A DNA stretch of 64,000 nucleotides from Candidatus Levyibacteriota bacterium (lineage in GTDB: Bacteria; Patescibacteriota; Microgenomatia; Levybacterales; UBA12049), in the NCBI GenBank assembly GCA_027459725.1, contig DAIDHK010000006.1, positions 1,895 through 65,894 of the forward strand. The letters run 5' to 3'. Within the stretch, counting starts at the first letter, position 1; each line of letters starts with the position of its first letter. Shown here one piece after another: positions 18,874 to 29,150 of the stretch. The translations under genes were made by a program, and so were the position numbers. A model generated the notes under the pieces. That model ran no database searches, was not told the DNA's origin, and saw nothing but the letters and a program-made list of their open reading frames with translations.

Positions 18874-19058
18874 CTAAATATCAGCGATGCGACAGAGGGT
18901 AATAAATGAGGTAGCTATTACAAGTGAATAACCAGATATGATCCAATGTATAATGGATAATTTAGTACTTAAATCATGCAGGATATAAGGAATATACACA
19001 TTTAATATCGTATTATAGATTACAACGATTTAAATTAGAGTAAGAATGTTATGACATA

Positions 19059-19775
19059 TTAATAAGTTTTTATATTGTGCAAACTAGCTTCATTTCTGTC
19101 TAACTGTGTTGTGGAGATATAGTTTTCACTACGCATTTCTTTCAGGACGAGTGCAGCTTCAGACTTGGCTTGTGCTTTATGGATTGCAAAATAGGAAGGG
19201 GCATTAATTAAACCTAGTAAGTAAGCAGACTGAACCAAAGACAAATTTGATGCCGAAGTACTAAAATATGTTTGAGCAGCTGCATTAATTCCATATGCTA
19301 ATTTTCCAAAGTATATTTCATTGAGATACATTTCTAAAATTTGCTGTTTGGTAAACTTTTCTGTGATAAAAAGAGCATATAGTTTAGTAAGAATATCAGT
19401 TTGTAGATTATCCTGGTCGTTGAAATAGACATTTTTGGCAAGTTGCTCTGTGATAGTACTAGCGCCCTGTCGTTGTTGGTTTGTGAGTGTATAAAAAATA
19501 GCACGTAATGTTCCTTCCAGATCTACACCAGGATTGGTATAAAATCTCTCATCCTGGGAAGCAATAGCAGCCAGTGGAACATATTTTGATATTTTATTCA
19601 ATGATACATATATAGCATGATGCTGTGTCAGTTGTTGTCTGACCGATAAAGGCATAGTTTGTAATTTTGCTTCAATGCTGGGTTGGAGAATTAAATAGAT
19701 ATAAGAATCTATAGTGATAATAATAATCAATAGGACTATAGACACGATCAAAATTTTTTTTATATACTTTGACAT
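19059..19775 (-). CDS. mtgA: Monofunctional peptidoglycan glycosyltransferase (GT51)
   Basis: N-terminal TM anchor; EDERFYTNPGVD and GASTITEQLAKN are GT51 motifs 1 and 2. No transpeptidase domain. 238 aa. Confidence 0.75.
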   Translation of the reverse strand: MSKYIKKILIVSIVLLIIIITIDSYIYLILQPSIEAKLQTMPLSVRQQLTQHHAIYVSLNKISKYVPLAAIASQDERFYTNPGVDLEGTLRAIFYTLTNQQRQGASTITEQLAKNVYFNDQDNLQTDILTKLYALFITEKFTKQQILEMYLNEIYFGKLAYGINAAAQTYFSTSASNLSLVQSAYLLGLINAPSYFAIHKAQAKSEAALVLKEMRSENYISTTQLDRNEASLHNIKTY

Positions 19776-19834
19776 ATAGAATAGTATTATAACAGTAAAA
19801 AGATGGATGATGTTTAATCGTAATAATTAGTAGG

Positions 19835-20857
19835 TTATAATTCAGATACAATACTGGGATCATTAAATCCTAAATTATATCCAGCAAGAGTAAGCGTAGA
19901 ACCAGTGTTAATCGTAAGTCCTGAAACATTATCATTTGCTCTCATAGTTGGCTGGTTTATGCCGCTTCCAATAGTAACTAATGTATAAGGATCAGGAACA
20001 GCACCAATATCCCAGTTGCTACTATTTTCATAATCAGTTGAAGTTCCATTAGTCCAAGTAACCGATGTATAATTTCTTGCTGCAAGTGCAGCAATTTCCG
20101 TTGAAGGTAATGCACGACTATACATTCGAATATCGTCAAGGCGGCCATTATAATAGACGTTCCAGTCTTGGCTTTCTCCAATATTCATAGCCAGTGAATT
20201 TGTCGTATCGTCAATATTTATACATGACCACGTTTTATCCAAGACACTATTCTTATACCATTTTACTGTTTGGGCTGAAGCATCATAAACTACTGCCCAA
20301 TGATGCTACTGCCCTATGGTAATTGCTGATGCAGAATAAAGATAGTAATTTTTGCCATTGGTACCCATAACACGCAATTTAATGAAAGGCTGACATGCAG
20401 TGCTCGGTGTCAGGCAACTGCTATATCCATCATCATAAATAACATAACCCGGATGGACTGTACCTGAATCATATTTCTTACTAATTATTCCTGCGCTTGA
20501 ACTATTATCCCACGTAGTTGGTTTCATCCAAAACGCAATTGTAAAACTTCCCCTGAAATTAAGACTTAAGTAATTTGGAACACTAACGTACTTATTTGAT
20601 CCATTAAAGCTAAGGCTTCGAGCATCGAGAAAAGTAGTATATGGAACACTCTTATTGGGTATGGAAGAGTTTTTTGGGTTTTCATTATTGCCTATGCCGG
20701 CGGAATTCGTTACTGTTGATCCTGTGCTGGTTTTGTCAAGTTTCCAATACCCAACAAGTGTATCATTTGTAATAGTTGCCAAAGCATTGTGTCTAACAAG
20801 GAAAAATGCCACAGTAAGTAAGAAAACAAAAATGAGTAGATGTAGATTTTTTTTCAT
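19835..20857 (-). pseudogene. Secreted LamG/concanavalin-A-like lectin-domain protein interrupted by an in-frame TAG
   Basis: ORFs 20306..20857 and 19835..20242 are in the same frame, and the frame is open from 20305 to 20243. Read through the TAG at 20306-20308 gives ...SASAITIGQ*HHWAVVYDASAQTVKWYKNSVLDKTWS..., a typical LamG core (WHHVAVTYD...LYVNG). The N-terminal signal peptide is present. Confidence 0.6.
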
Positions 20858-21019
20858 TTCAAAATATCTTAAAGCGAGGCTACATTCAGAAAACTAATGG
20901 AGAATATAATTTCAAGATGGATAATTATATCCAATACGCATCTGAAAAAGATGAGAATACCGTGATATAATTAGCTTTATGAACTCTTTGATTTTATTAA
21001 GGGTTTATGTATATAAAAT

Positions 21020-22123
21020 ATGAATTTTTCTGTCGGAATAGTGGGATTACCTAATGTTGGTAAATCTACTTTGTTTAATGCATTACTAAAGAAACAGCAG
21101 GCGCTGGCAGCGAACTACCCTTTTGCTACTATCGAACCAAATGTGGGAATAGTAGCTGTGCCTGATGAGAGACTGCAGAAGCTGGCAGAGATAACCAAAG
21201 ATGAAGAAAAGATGTCTGGTTTACCTCCGTTGAAACCGGCTACAGTTGAATTCGTAGATATTGCCGGTTTGGTTAAAGGCGCATCAAATGGAGCTGGGTT
21301 GGGTAATAAATTTCTTTCACATATTCGCGAAGTTTCAGTAATCTGTCATGTTGTACGAGCTTTTGTTGAAGAAAATGTGATTCGTGAGGGAAGTAGCGAT
21401 CCGGAAAATGATTATGCCACTATACAAACTGAATTAATTTTATCAGATCTGGCGACTGCGCAGAGCGTTCAATCCCGTATCAAGCGTAATGATGATCCAA
21501 TGTTGAAAATTGCCGTAGATAAATTGATAGATAATCTCAATGCTGGTATTCCTGCTCGTGAGATAAGTTTTTCTATAGAAGAATTGGCTCACATCAAACC
21601 GTTATTCTTACTCACTTACAAGCCAGAATTAGTCGCACTTAATGTAAGCGAAGACGAATACAGTCCAATACATGCAGCGAAACTTGTAGAACGTTACTCC
21701 AATTTACTGCAATTGAATAAATCTAATCTAATAGTCATTTGTGCCAAAATTGAATCAGATTTGTCATCACTCTCAGAAGATGAGCAAAAGAGCTATTTAC
21801 AGGAGTTAGGATTTGCGAATTCTGGCTTGGAACGTCTTATTCAAAAGGCATACGATCGTTTGGGTTTAATCAGTTATTTAACATGTGGAGAAAAAGAAGT
21901 TAAAGCTTGGACGATAAATAAAGGAGAGACAGCTCCAGAAGCTGCTGGTGCTATTCATACTGATTTTACTAAGAAGTTTATTAAAGCAGAAGTTGTTTCA
22001 TATTCGGACTTTGTTCAATTTGCTGGTTGGAAGGGGAATCGAGAACAAGGAAAAGCGAGATTGGAAGGAAAAGATTATGTGATGCAAGATGGGGATGTCG
22101 TAGAATTCAAAATCGGTACATAG
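21020..22123 (+). CDS. ychF: Ribosome-binding ATPase YchF (Obg-like ATPase)
   Basis: GIVGLPNVGKSTLFNAL P-loop, NYPFATIEPNVG, C-terminal TGS domain. 367 aa. Confidence 0.9.
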   Translation: MNFSVGIVGLPNVGKSTLFNALLKKQQALAANYPFATIEPNVGIVAVPDERLQKLAEITKDEEKMSGLPPLKPATVEFVDIAGLVKGASNGAGLGNKFLSHIREVSVICHVVRAFVEENVIREGSSDPENDYATIQTELILSDLATAQSVQSRIKRNDDPMLKIAVDKLIDNLNAGIPAREISFSIEELAHIKPLFLLTYKPELVALNVSEDEYSPIHAAKLVERYSNLLQLNKSNLIVICAKIESDLSSLSEDEQKSYLQELGFANSGLERLIQKAYDRLGLISYLTCGEKEVKAWTINKGETAPEAAGAIHTDFTKKFIKAEVVSYSDFVQFAGWKGNREQGKARLEGKDYVMQDGDVVEFKIGT

Positions 22124-22203
22124 TCTAATCTGAGTAAGATAAATACTAGCTAAGATCTATTACTAAAATAAAAAGATAAGGAGTACTGAAGTAAACCTTC
22201 TCA

Positions 22204-22560
22204 ATGAGTTACAACACATATCTGCTCAATCTGTCAATCCATTTGCCAATCTGGGCGAAAATTTCTCTACTGTTATTTTTTTTTCATGGCATGACGACTA
22301 GTAATAAAAATTATATCCCATTAGCAGAAAAACTTGCAAAGAATAATGTTTCTGGATTGGCATTAAATTTACGTGGGCATGGAAATAGTAAATGACAACG
22401 ATAGCTGATGGTCTGAATGCTTATGCCTATTAAATTAAACTGGGTGCCGTGCCATCACGTATAGGACTTTGAGGTACTAGTTTAGGGAGCAGCGCTGCAT
22501 CTGTTTCAGAAAAATGGTTAATATGGCGTATGGTTTTACGGGTCACGGATGCTTATACCA
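22204..22560 (+). pseudogene. Degraded alpha/beta-hydrolase gene remnant
   Basis: A 63-aa ORF carries the canonical alpha/beta-hydrolase N-terminus (LLFFFHGMTTS...LAKNNVSGLALNLRGHGNSK) and then stops. A GTSLGSSAASV nucleophile-elbow (GxSxG) motif is encoded about 100 nt further on in a different frame. Confidence 0.5.
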
Positions 22561-22726
22561 ACGAAATGCTTCAAATGCGCTACCCACAAATTAAGGGAGT
22601 AGAAATTGTAATTTTTCAGGAAAAATAACATTGATAATTTTGAATATCAAGGATGAGGTCTATTTCCCGCAAATATTAACTACCACTTGCCTCAAGAGCG
22701 CGAGTATAGTAAAATTACTGCTACAT

Positions 22727-23002
22727 ATGCGAAATTATGAATTAACTTTGGTTCTTAGATCCAAACTCGATGATAAAGCCAGAAAGAAAGTTTTAGAATC
22801 AGTCAAGACATGGTTAAAAGATTTACAAGTAACCAAAGAAGAGGAGTGGGGACAAAAGCCATTGGCTTATCCTATTAAAAAAGAAGAAGCTGGATATTAT
22901 GTTATGTTACAATTGGAAGGAGAGAATCTTCCTTCAGATGTAGAACGAAGACTATTCTTGGCAGACGAAGTATTAAGACATTTATTAATTAGAACAAAAT
23001 AA
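22727..23002 (+). CDS. rpsF: 30S ribosomal protein S6
   Basis: MRNYELTLVLRSKLDD...WGQKPLAYPIKK matches bS6 (MRHYEIV...). The start is taken at the internal ATG at 22727, not the ORF-track start at 22631. Stop TAA overlaps the ssb ATG (TAATG). Confidence 0.8.
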   Translation: MRNYELTLVLRSKLDDKARKKVLESVKTWLKDLQVTKEEEWGQKPLAYPIKKEEAGYYVMLQLEGENLPSDVERRLFLADEVLRHLLIRTK

Positions 23003-23487
23003 TGGCTAGAAGTTTGAATCGAGTACAATTGATTGGGAATTTGACACGTGATCCAGAATTGCGTTATACGCCAAGCGGTACAGCAGTGTGTTCGTTTAGT
23101 TTGGCTACTAATCGTTCCTGGACAACTGACACGGGTGAAAAACATGAAGAGACAGAATATCATCGCATCGTTGCCTGGAATAAGTTAGGAGAACTTTGTA
23201 GTCAGTTCTTAGTAAAGGGACGAAAAGTGTATGTTGAAGGTCGGTTATCAACCCGTAGTTGGACGACACAAGACAATCAGCAAAGAACTACTACCGAAAT
23301 TGTGATTGATGACATGATTTTGCTTGATAATAAAGGTCAGAGTGCCGGTGCAAGTGAGCCAGCTCATGAAGAGGCTGCTCCATCTAGAAAAGCTAATGTA
23401 CCAACTAAGCATGAAGAAAAAGAAGAAAAAAGAGAATCTCAAAGCGGTGCAGAAGAAGAAATCTCGCCTGATGATATTCCTTTTTAA
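23002..23487 (+). CDS. ssb: Single-stranded DNA-binding protein
   Basis: OB fold: LNRVQLIGNLTRDPELRYTPSGTAVCSFSLATN. Acidic tail ending DDIPF. Confidence 0.9.
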   Translation: MARSLNRVQLIGNLTRDPELRYTPSGTAVCSFSLATNRSWTTDTGEKHEETEYHRIVAWNKLGELCSQFLVKGRKVYVEGRLSTRSWTTQDNQQRTTTEIVIDDMILLDNKGQSAGASEPAHEEAAPSRKANVPTKHEEKEEKRESQSGAEEEISPDDIPF

Positions 23488-23519
23488 ACAAGAAAAAATT
23501 TATTAAATATTAAAAAAGC

Positions 23520-23765
23520 ATGAAAAAAATTGTAACAAAAAGAAGAATACAAAAAGTACAGACTCCACGTACGGATTATTTTGTGGAAAATAAAAAGACA
23601 CCATATTATGGAGATGTAAATACATTGAAGATGTTTTTGACTGAAAGAGGTAAGATTATACCACGTAGTCGAAGTGGTCTAAATGCAAAGAATCAGCGTC
23701 TGTTAACTAAAGCCGTAAAATATGCTCGTCATTTAGCTCTTATTCCATTCATCTCACGTGGATAG
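23520..23765 (+). CDS. rpsR: 30S ribosomal protein S18
   Basis: [58 protein letters not shown] matches bS18. Confidence 0.85.
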   Translation: MKKIVTKRRIQKVQTPRTDYFVENKKTPYYGDVNTLKMFLTERGKIIPRSRSGLNAKNQRLLTKAVKYARHLALIPFISRG

Positions 23766-23949
23766 AATTTATTTTCAGTATTTCTTCAGAAAGTTGCTTC
23801 AGTATTATGTTGGATAGTCCTTATTATAAATTATGGAGTATGGCTATCTTAGTGTAAAAAGATTATAAATTTACCATTTCAGTAACTTTGCTTGCTAGAC
23901 AAATCATAATACTTTATACTAAAGATGTCTTATTTAAAAATTACATACT

Positions 23950-24720
23950 ATGGTTTCCTTGCCCATTTCATTACCTAAAGAAGCCACAATTTTTGTTAAA
24001 GAAGGTGATGCTGTCAAAAAAGGACAATTAATCGCCAAGGTAGAAGCATCTGCAGAACACGTTATCCATCTTGCACAAGTACTCCATGTCTCGCCACATA
24101 AAGTCGAAGATCTATTACTGCGAGAACCCGGAGATAGTTTGGAAAAAGGAGATGTTATTGCGGCCAGAAAAAAGAGTTTTGGTTTTTCCAAAATTAAATT
24201 ATTAAGCAATATTTCGGGTATGATTACTCGTTTCGATCGTGAAACAGGGGATCTGACTGTAGGAGGGGAGATTGGTGATGAAAAAGAGATAATATGTCCT
24301 ATTGATGGTGTAGTGCAAATGTGTAATAATGATCAAATTGTCATTGATACCAATGAAATTGTTGTGCAAGGAATAGGAGGATTTGGTAAGAGTGTACAAG
24401 GAAAAATCTATGTCTTGCCAAGTGTAGTTACACCCGCTGATTCACAACAATTGATGATCCAGCTTAACAGCTCGATTACCAACAAGGTTATCATGGCAAG
24501 GTCTTTACATAGAGATGCTTTAATCAAAGCGATAGGACTGGAAAGTTTGGGGATCATTGCAACGACAATCTTACCTGAGGATATAGAATACTTGATTCAG
24601 CGTAATATGCTGATACCAATCGTTTTGGTTGGTGAAGATCAGGTGGAAAAATTAAGCAAAAAATCAGGTAAAAATGTTTACCTTGTGGGATCAACAAATA
24701 CCATTTTGTTTTTAGAATGA
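23950..24720 (+). CDS. Hypothetical protein with N-terminal barrel-sandwich-hybrid-like (lipoyl/HlyD-like) segment
   Basis: 256 aa; VKEGDAVKKGQLIAKVEA and GMITRFDRETGDLTVGG resemble hybrid-barrel motifs. No catalytic motif seen. It sits where rplI normally follows rpsR. Confidence 0.35.
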   Translation: MVSLPISLPKEATIFVKEGDAVKKGQLIAKVEASAEHVIHLAQVLHVSPHKVEDLLLREPGDSLEKGDVIAARKKSFGFSKIKLLSNISGMITRFDRETGDLTVGGEIGDEKEIICPIDGVVQMCNNDQIVIDTNEIVVQGIGGFGKSVQGKIYVLPSVVTPADSQQLMIQLNSSITNKVIMARSLHRDALIKAIGLESLGIIATTILPEDIEYLIQRNMLIPIVLVGEDQVEKLSKKSGKNVYLVGSTNTILFLE

Positions 24721-26045
24721 TGCTGAATTTAAGTATCTTTCGGAAAGTTAATTTCAATATGAAACCTTCAACACTTAGAATTATTCTTTTTGTCATAATT
24801 GCTGGTATTGTAGGATATCTATTTGGGATATATAAAGTCACATTGGATTGGCAAAATTATCGTCCTCAATTATCCATAATAAATCAGGATCCGCCATCTG
24901 GTATGCAAACTATGGATATGACTCCGTTTTGGACGGTTGCACAGGCAATTGAGACTAGTTTCTATGATCGTAAAGCTATTAATCCGCAAAATATGGTCAA
25001 CGGTGCAATCTCAGGCATGATTAGTACTCTTAATGACCCATTTACGATGTATTTACCCCCAACCAATAATACAGCGTTCAAACAGCAAATATCTGGTCAA
25101 TTTCAAGGTATAGGAGCAGAATTGACCACAAATAATAAACAAGTGCTTATTATGGCTCCATTAGATGGTAGTCCAGCTCAGAAAGCAGGTTTAAAGTCTG
25201 GAGATATTATTGAAAAAGTAAATGGCGAGGATATTACTGGTATGGATCTAAATAATGTAGTTAATATGATTAAAGGTCCTAAAGGTACTAAAGTAACACT
25301 AACAATTCTTCCTAAAGGAAGCAAGACTACTAAAGATTTTGTCATTACCCGCGATACGATTAATGTAAAAACAGTTAGTTCTTGGATTAAAGCAATCAAG
25401 GATATTCCGACTATTAATGAAAAAGCTAGTGCATTCGCAAATCAGCAAAATAAGGAAATTGCTTATATCCGCTTGTCTGAATTTGGTGAACAAACTGATC
25501 AGGAGTGGACTCCAGTAGTAAATAATTTAGCTTTGCAGTTAAAGAAAAACCCCAATATTAAAGGGGTAGTATTGGATCTGCGTGAAAATCCGGGTGGATT
25601 GTTAACAGATGCTTTATATATAGCGTCGGAATTTTTACCTCAGGGTGCTACGGTTGTAAAACAAGAGGATGCGTATGGTAATATCAAGTCTTTAACAGTA
25701 GATCGGAATGGTGTTTTGCAAAATGTTCCAATGGTGGTGTTAATAGATGGTGGATCAGCTTCGGCGAGTGAAATAGTATCGGGTGCTCTAAGAGACAATA
25801 ATCGAGCTAAATTGGTAGGAGAGAAGTCATTTGGTAAAGGTACAGTACAAGATGCTGAAGATTTAGCGAACGGTGCTGGTTTGCATGTAACTGTTGCGAA
25901 GTGGCTTACTCCGAATGGTACGTGGGTTGGTAACGGGAAAAATGGCATAGGTTTAAAACCAGATGTAGTTGCAGCTCTGAATCCTAAGGATCCTACACAT
26001 GATACCCAATTGGAAGCAGGGATCGAGACATTATTAAAAGAATAA
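24717..26045 (+). CDS. ctpA: Carboxy-terminal processing peptidase, S41 family, with PDZ domain
   Basis: PDZ region: GSPAQKAGLKSGDIIEKVNGEDITG. S41 catalytic region: VLDLRENPGGLL, DGGSASASEIVSGAL, FGKGTVQ. The N-terminal TM is present. The start may be the internal ATG near 24759. Confidence 0.85.
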   Translation: MMLNLSIFRKVNFNMKPSTLRIILFVIIAGIVGYLFGIYKVTLDWQNYRPQLSIINQDPPSGMQTMDMTPFWTVAQAIETSFYDRKAINPQNMVNGAISGMISTLNDPFTMYLPPTNNTAFKQQISGQFQGIGAELTTNNKQVLIMAPLDGSPAQKAGLKSGDIIEKVNGEDITGMDLNNVVNMIKGPKGTKVTLTILPKGSKTTKDFVITRDTINVKTVSSWIKAIKDIPTINEKASAFANQQNKEIAYIRLSEFGEQTDQEWTPVVNNLALQLKKNPNIKGVVLDLRENPGGLLTDALYIASEFLPQGATVVKQEDAYGNIKSLTVDRNGVLQNVPMVVLIDGGSASASEIVSGALRDNNRAKLVGEKSFGKGTVQDAEDLANGAGLHVTVAKWLTPNGTWVGNGKNGIGLKPDVVAALNPKDPTHDTQLEAGIETLLKE

Positions 26046-26105
26046 GGTTTTCTTTCAGGTATATTTAAGGTTAAGGTATTAATATTTTTTGGATGGTAAA
26101 TTAAT

Positions 26106-27344
26106 ATGAGAAAATTAATAATTTTGATAGTCGTATTAGTCGTAATATTAGGAATTTACAGTGGGATACAAGTTTATCTGCCTCAAGTAGGTAGTTTTAT
26201 ATCCTCACAAAGTATTAATAATAACTTAAATAATTCTAATTCAGGTCCACAAGAGAAGGTAAAAGTGGTAAGCGAAGAATCAGTTACTATAAATGCAGTT
26301 AAAACCGTTGGACCTTCAGTTGTTACAGTTGAAGAAATTTCTTCAAATAGTCAAAATCAGCAACAACAGTTAAACCCGTATTTTAATCCATTTGGCGGAA
26401 TGTTTGGTTCACCTTTTGGCAATGGGGGAGGAAGCAGCAATGGGGGTAATAGTTCTGGGGGTAATAGTTCCGGCGGAAGTATCAGTAATCCAGTGGCTAT
26501 TGGTTCAGGGTTTATTATATCTTCAAATGGATTGATTGTTACCAATAAGCATGTTGTCTCTGATCCAGGTTCATATGTTGTTATTACTAGTAACGATAAG
26601 ACATACAAAGTTCAGCAGATTTATCAGGATCCACAAAATGATATTGCTGTAATTAAGATTAATCCATCGGATAATCCAGGCCAGGTATTAAAACCGGTGA
26701 CTCTGGGGAATTCAAATAATCTACAAGTCGGACAATTTGTGGTTGCCATTGGAACTGCATTGGGAGAGTTTAGAAATACGGTTACAACAGGTGTAGTCTC
26801 TGGATTGGGTAGAGGTATTACAGCTGGAGATCAATTCGCAGGTGAGACCGAGAATCTAAGTGATGTAATCCAAACTAGCGCTGCGATCAATCCAGGCAAT
26901 TCGGGTGGACCTTTAATTAATGACGCCAATCAAGTAATTGGTATCAATACTGCTGTTGCTCAAAATGGTCAAAATATTGGTTTTGCTTTACCGATAAATA
27001 CAGTAAAGGATGCTTTAAACAACTTTAATCAAAACGGTGGTAAATTTACATATCCGTACTTAGGAGTGCAATACAAAATGGTGGATCGCAATCAAGCTAT
27101 TTTGAATAATGTTCCTCAAGGGGCATATATAGCTCAGGTTGTCTCAGGATCTCCTGCAGCTTCTGCCGGTTTACAACAAGGAGATATTATCACCAAAATA
27201 GATGGACAATCACTCACTACCACGAATGCTTTATCAGATATTATTTCTAAGAAGAAAGTTGGTCAAACAATTGTGATTACTTATTGGAGAAATAATAATA
27301 TTGCCACATTAAATGCAACTTTGGGTAGTGCGCCAAATCAATAA
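26106..27344 (+). CDS. htrA: HtrA/DegP-family serine protease (trypsin-like + PDZ)
   Basis: TNKHVV (His), NDIAVIK (Asp) and GNSGGPL (Ser) make up the catalytic triad. A C-terminal PDZ carries GLQQGDIITKIDGQ. A low-complexity G/S/N insert follows the signal anchor. Confidence 0.85.
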   Translation: MRKLIILIVVLVVILGIYSGIQVYLPQVGSFISSQSINNNLNNSNSGPQEKVKVVSEESVTINAVKTVGPSVVTVEEISSNSQNQQQQLNPYFNPFGGMFGSPFGNGGGSSNGGNSSGGNSSGGSISNPVAIGSGFIISSNGLIVTNKHVVSDPGSYVVITSNDKTYKVQQIYQDPQNDIAVIKINPSDNPGQVLKPVTLGNSNNLQVGQFVVAIGTALGEFRNTVTTGVVSGLGRGITAGDQFAGETENLSDVIQTSAAINPGNSGGPLINDANQVIGINTAVAQNGQNIGFALPINTVKDALNNFNQNGGKFTYPYLGVQYKMVDRNQAILNNVPQGAYIAQVVSGSPAASAGLQQGDIITKIDGQSLTTTNALSDIISKKKVGQTIVITYWRNNNIATLNATLGSAPNQ

Positions 27345-27422
27345 CTTGAATACAAAGATATAATAAAAAAATAATCTGCTGAGACTTAAAATTGAGAATC
27401 TTAATTTTACAAGTAAACTTTC

Positions 27423-28169
27423 TTATACAATTTCACCTTTGTAATGCCCATAAGGATAATTAAATTTTTTTGTGTCATATACAAGTCCATGTTTCTTGAT
27501 GTATAGGTAAGTTCGTAGCCAAAATATGAGCAAACCGACTACACCTTTCTCTCTGGCTCGTCTTGGGGAATGAAAAACTTTCAGGGAAAAGAAAAAATGA
27601 GGTTTGGCTCCTGATAATAATGATCTATTTCCGTAATCAGTGTCTTCACCTAGAATAGCTTTTTCATCGAATCCATTTATTTTTATATGATTCCTTTTTG
27701 TTGTAAAAATAAATCCTGCTCCCACTGTGGGATGAAGAAGATAAATTATAATTATAATTGGATATGCAATAGCTAAAAATAAATTATCTAAAAAACGTTT
27801 ACTTGCAGTCCATACTAGCACCATAGAAATAAAATCTTCTTTGGGTTCAGTTTTATATAAAAGTCTGGCTATAAAATTATCTGACAGGATCATATCGGCA
27901 TCTAAAAACAAAATATACTTATATTTTGAGTGTTTAGCTCCTATATTTCGTTGGTGTCCTGTGCTTCTTTTTGCTGTAAATATTGATAGGTTTTTTAATC
28001 TTTGTTTAAAATTCTCTGCGACTTGTAAGGTTCTATCGTCTGAGTGTCCATCAACAATTAATACTTCAAATTTATCCGGTAAATTTTGCTTTTGTATGGA
28101 TTGTAGAGTTTTGGCTAAATAATGTTCTTCATTATAAGTGGGAATAATAATAGATAATTCATTAATCAC
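27423..28169 (-). CDS. Glycosyltransferase family 2
   Basis: LSIIIPTYNEE, LIVDGHSDDRT, FLDADM (DxD), 248 aa with a C-terminal hydrophobic segment. A dolichyl/polyprenyl-phosphate sugar synthase-like fold. Confidence 0.75.
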   Translation of the reverse strand: MINELSIIIPTYNEEHYLAKTLQSIQKQNLPDKFEVLIVDGHSDDRTLQVAENFKQRLKNLSIFTAKRSTGHQRNIGAKHSKYKYILFLDADMILSDNFIARLLYKTEPKEDFISMVLVWTASKRFLDNLFLAIAYPIIIIIYLLHPTVGAGFIFTTKRNHIKINGFDEKAILGEDTDYGNRSLLSGAKPHFFFSLKVFHSPRRAREKGVVGLLIFWLRTYLYIKKHGLVYDTKKFNYPYGHYKGEIV

Positions 28170-28367
28170 CTTATGATTATACTCTTGTCATCGAACAAAA
28201 CAAAATTTATCATGAGTGATAATAAACAAAATTTAAGAAAATTAATCTTTTATTATAATGAATATATTTGTCTATAAAATATATTTTTCTTTAGTAAATA
28301 AATTAATGATGAAATTACTATTTGCAAATTTCTAATCTTTGATTTACAATACGACCATATTAAAAAT

Positions 28368-29150
28368 ATGGCAACAAGATCGTTATCATCAAAAAATAAA
28401 AAAACTTCCATCAAAAAAACAGCTCCTGCAAAGTCATCAAGAGTTAATACGTCTAAGAGATCTACAAAAAATAAGAGTTCTAATCACCCAATTAATATCG
28501 AAAATGTTACAGAACAGTCAGTTGGAGTTAAGCCAGTTGATCATTCCCACATTAAGAACAGATTAAATTCAATGCAAATCAAAAGATCATATATAATAGC
28601 TGTATTGGCTGCTATTGTTGTGTTAGTTATAGTTTACTCTATTAGAAGTTGGTTTGTAGCCGCATTGGTAAATGGTCAGCCAATTTATCGGTTAGATGTT
28701 ATAAATCAACTTGAGCAACAATATGGAGATCAAGAAATGCAGTCTTTGGTAACACAAGCTTTGATTAAACAAGAAGCTAACAAAAGACATATTACAGTAA
28801 GTCAGCAAGAAATAAATTCTCAAATGACTACTATAGAAAATAATTTGAAGAAGCAAGGTGAAACATTAGATTCTGCCTTACAACAGCAGCATATGACTAA
28901 ACAGCAGTTAACAGATCAAATAGTTTTACAACAGGAAATTCAGAAGATGGTGGGGAATGTGAATGTTACGGATCAGCAGGTAAAGGATTATATGAATCAA
29001 AATAAAGGTTCTCTTCCAGCAGGAACTACTGCATCTCAGGTAAAACAGCAATTACAACAGCAGGAATTACAGCAAAAAGAACAACAATTCGTAACTGATT
29101 TACAGACCCATGCTCATATAACTTCTTGGGTAGACTATTACTCCGGATAA
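28368..29150 (+). CDS. Membrane-anchored SurA-N-like chaperone-domain protein (no PPIase domain)
   Basis: Basic N-terminus, TM helix, then a Q-rich helical domain resembling the SurA/PpiD N-terminal chaperone domain. No rotamase motifs. Confidence 0.45.
   Translation: MATRSLSSKNKKTSIKKTAPAKSSRVNTSKRSTKNKSSNHPINIENVTEQSVGVKPVDHSHIKNRLNSMQIKRSYIIAVLAAIVVLVIVYSIRSWFVAALVNGQPIYRLDVINQLEQQYGDQEMQSLVTQALIKQEANKRHITVSQQEINSQMTTIENNLKKQGETLDSALQQQHMTKQQLTDQIVLQQEIQKMVGNVNVTDQQVKDYMNQNKGSLPAGTTASQVKQQLQQQELQQKEQQFVTDLQTHAHITSWVDYYSG

Noticed and set aside
22631-22726. Upstream 32-codon extension of the rpsF ORF
   Set aside because: The bS6 homology begins exactly at MRNYELT (ATG 22727). The extension has no counterpart in S6 proteins.
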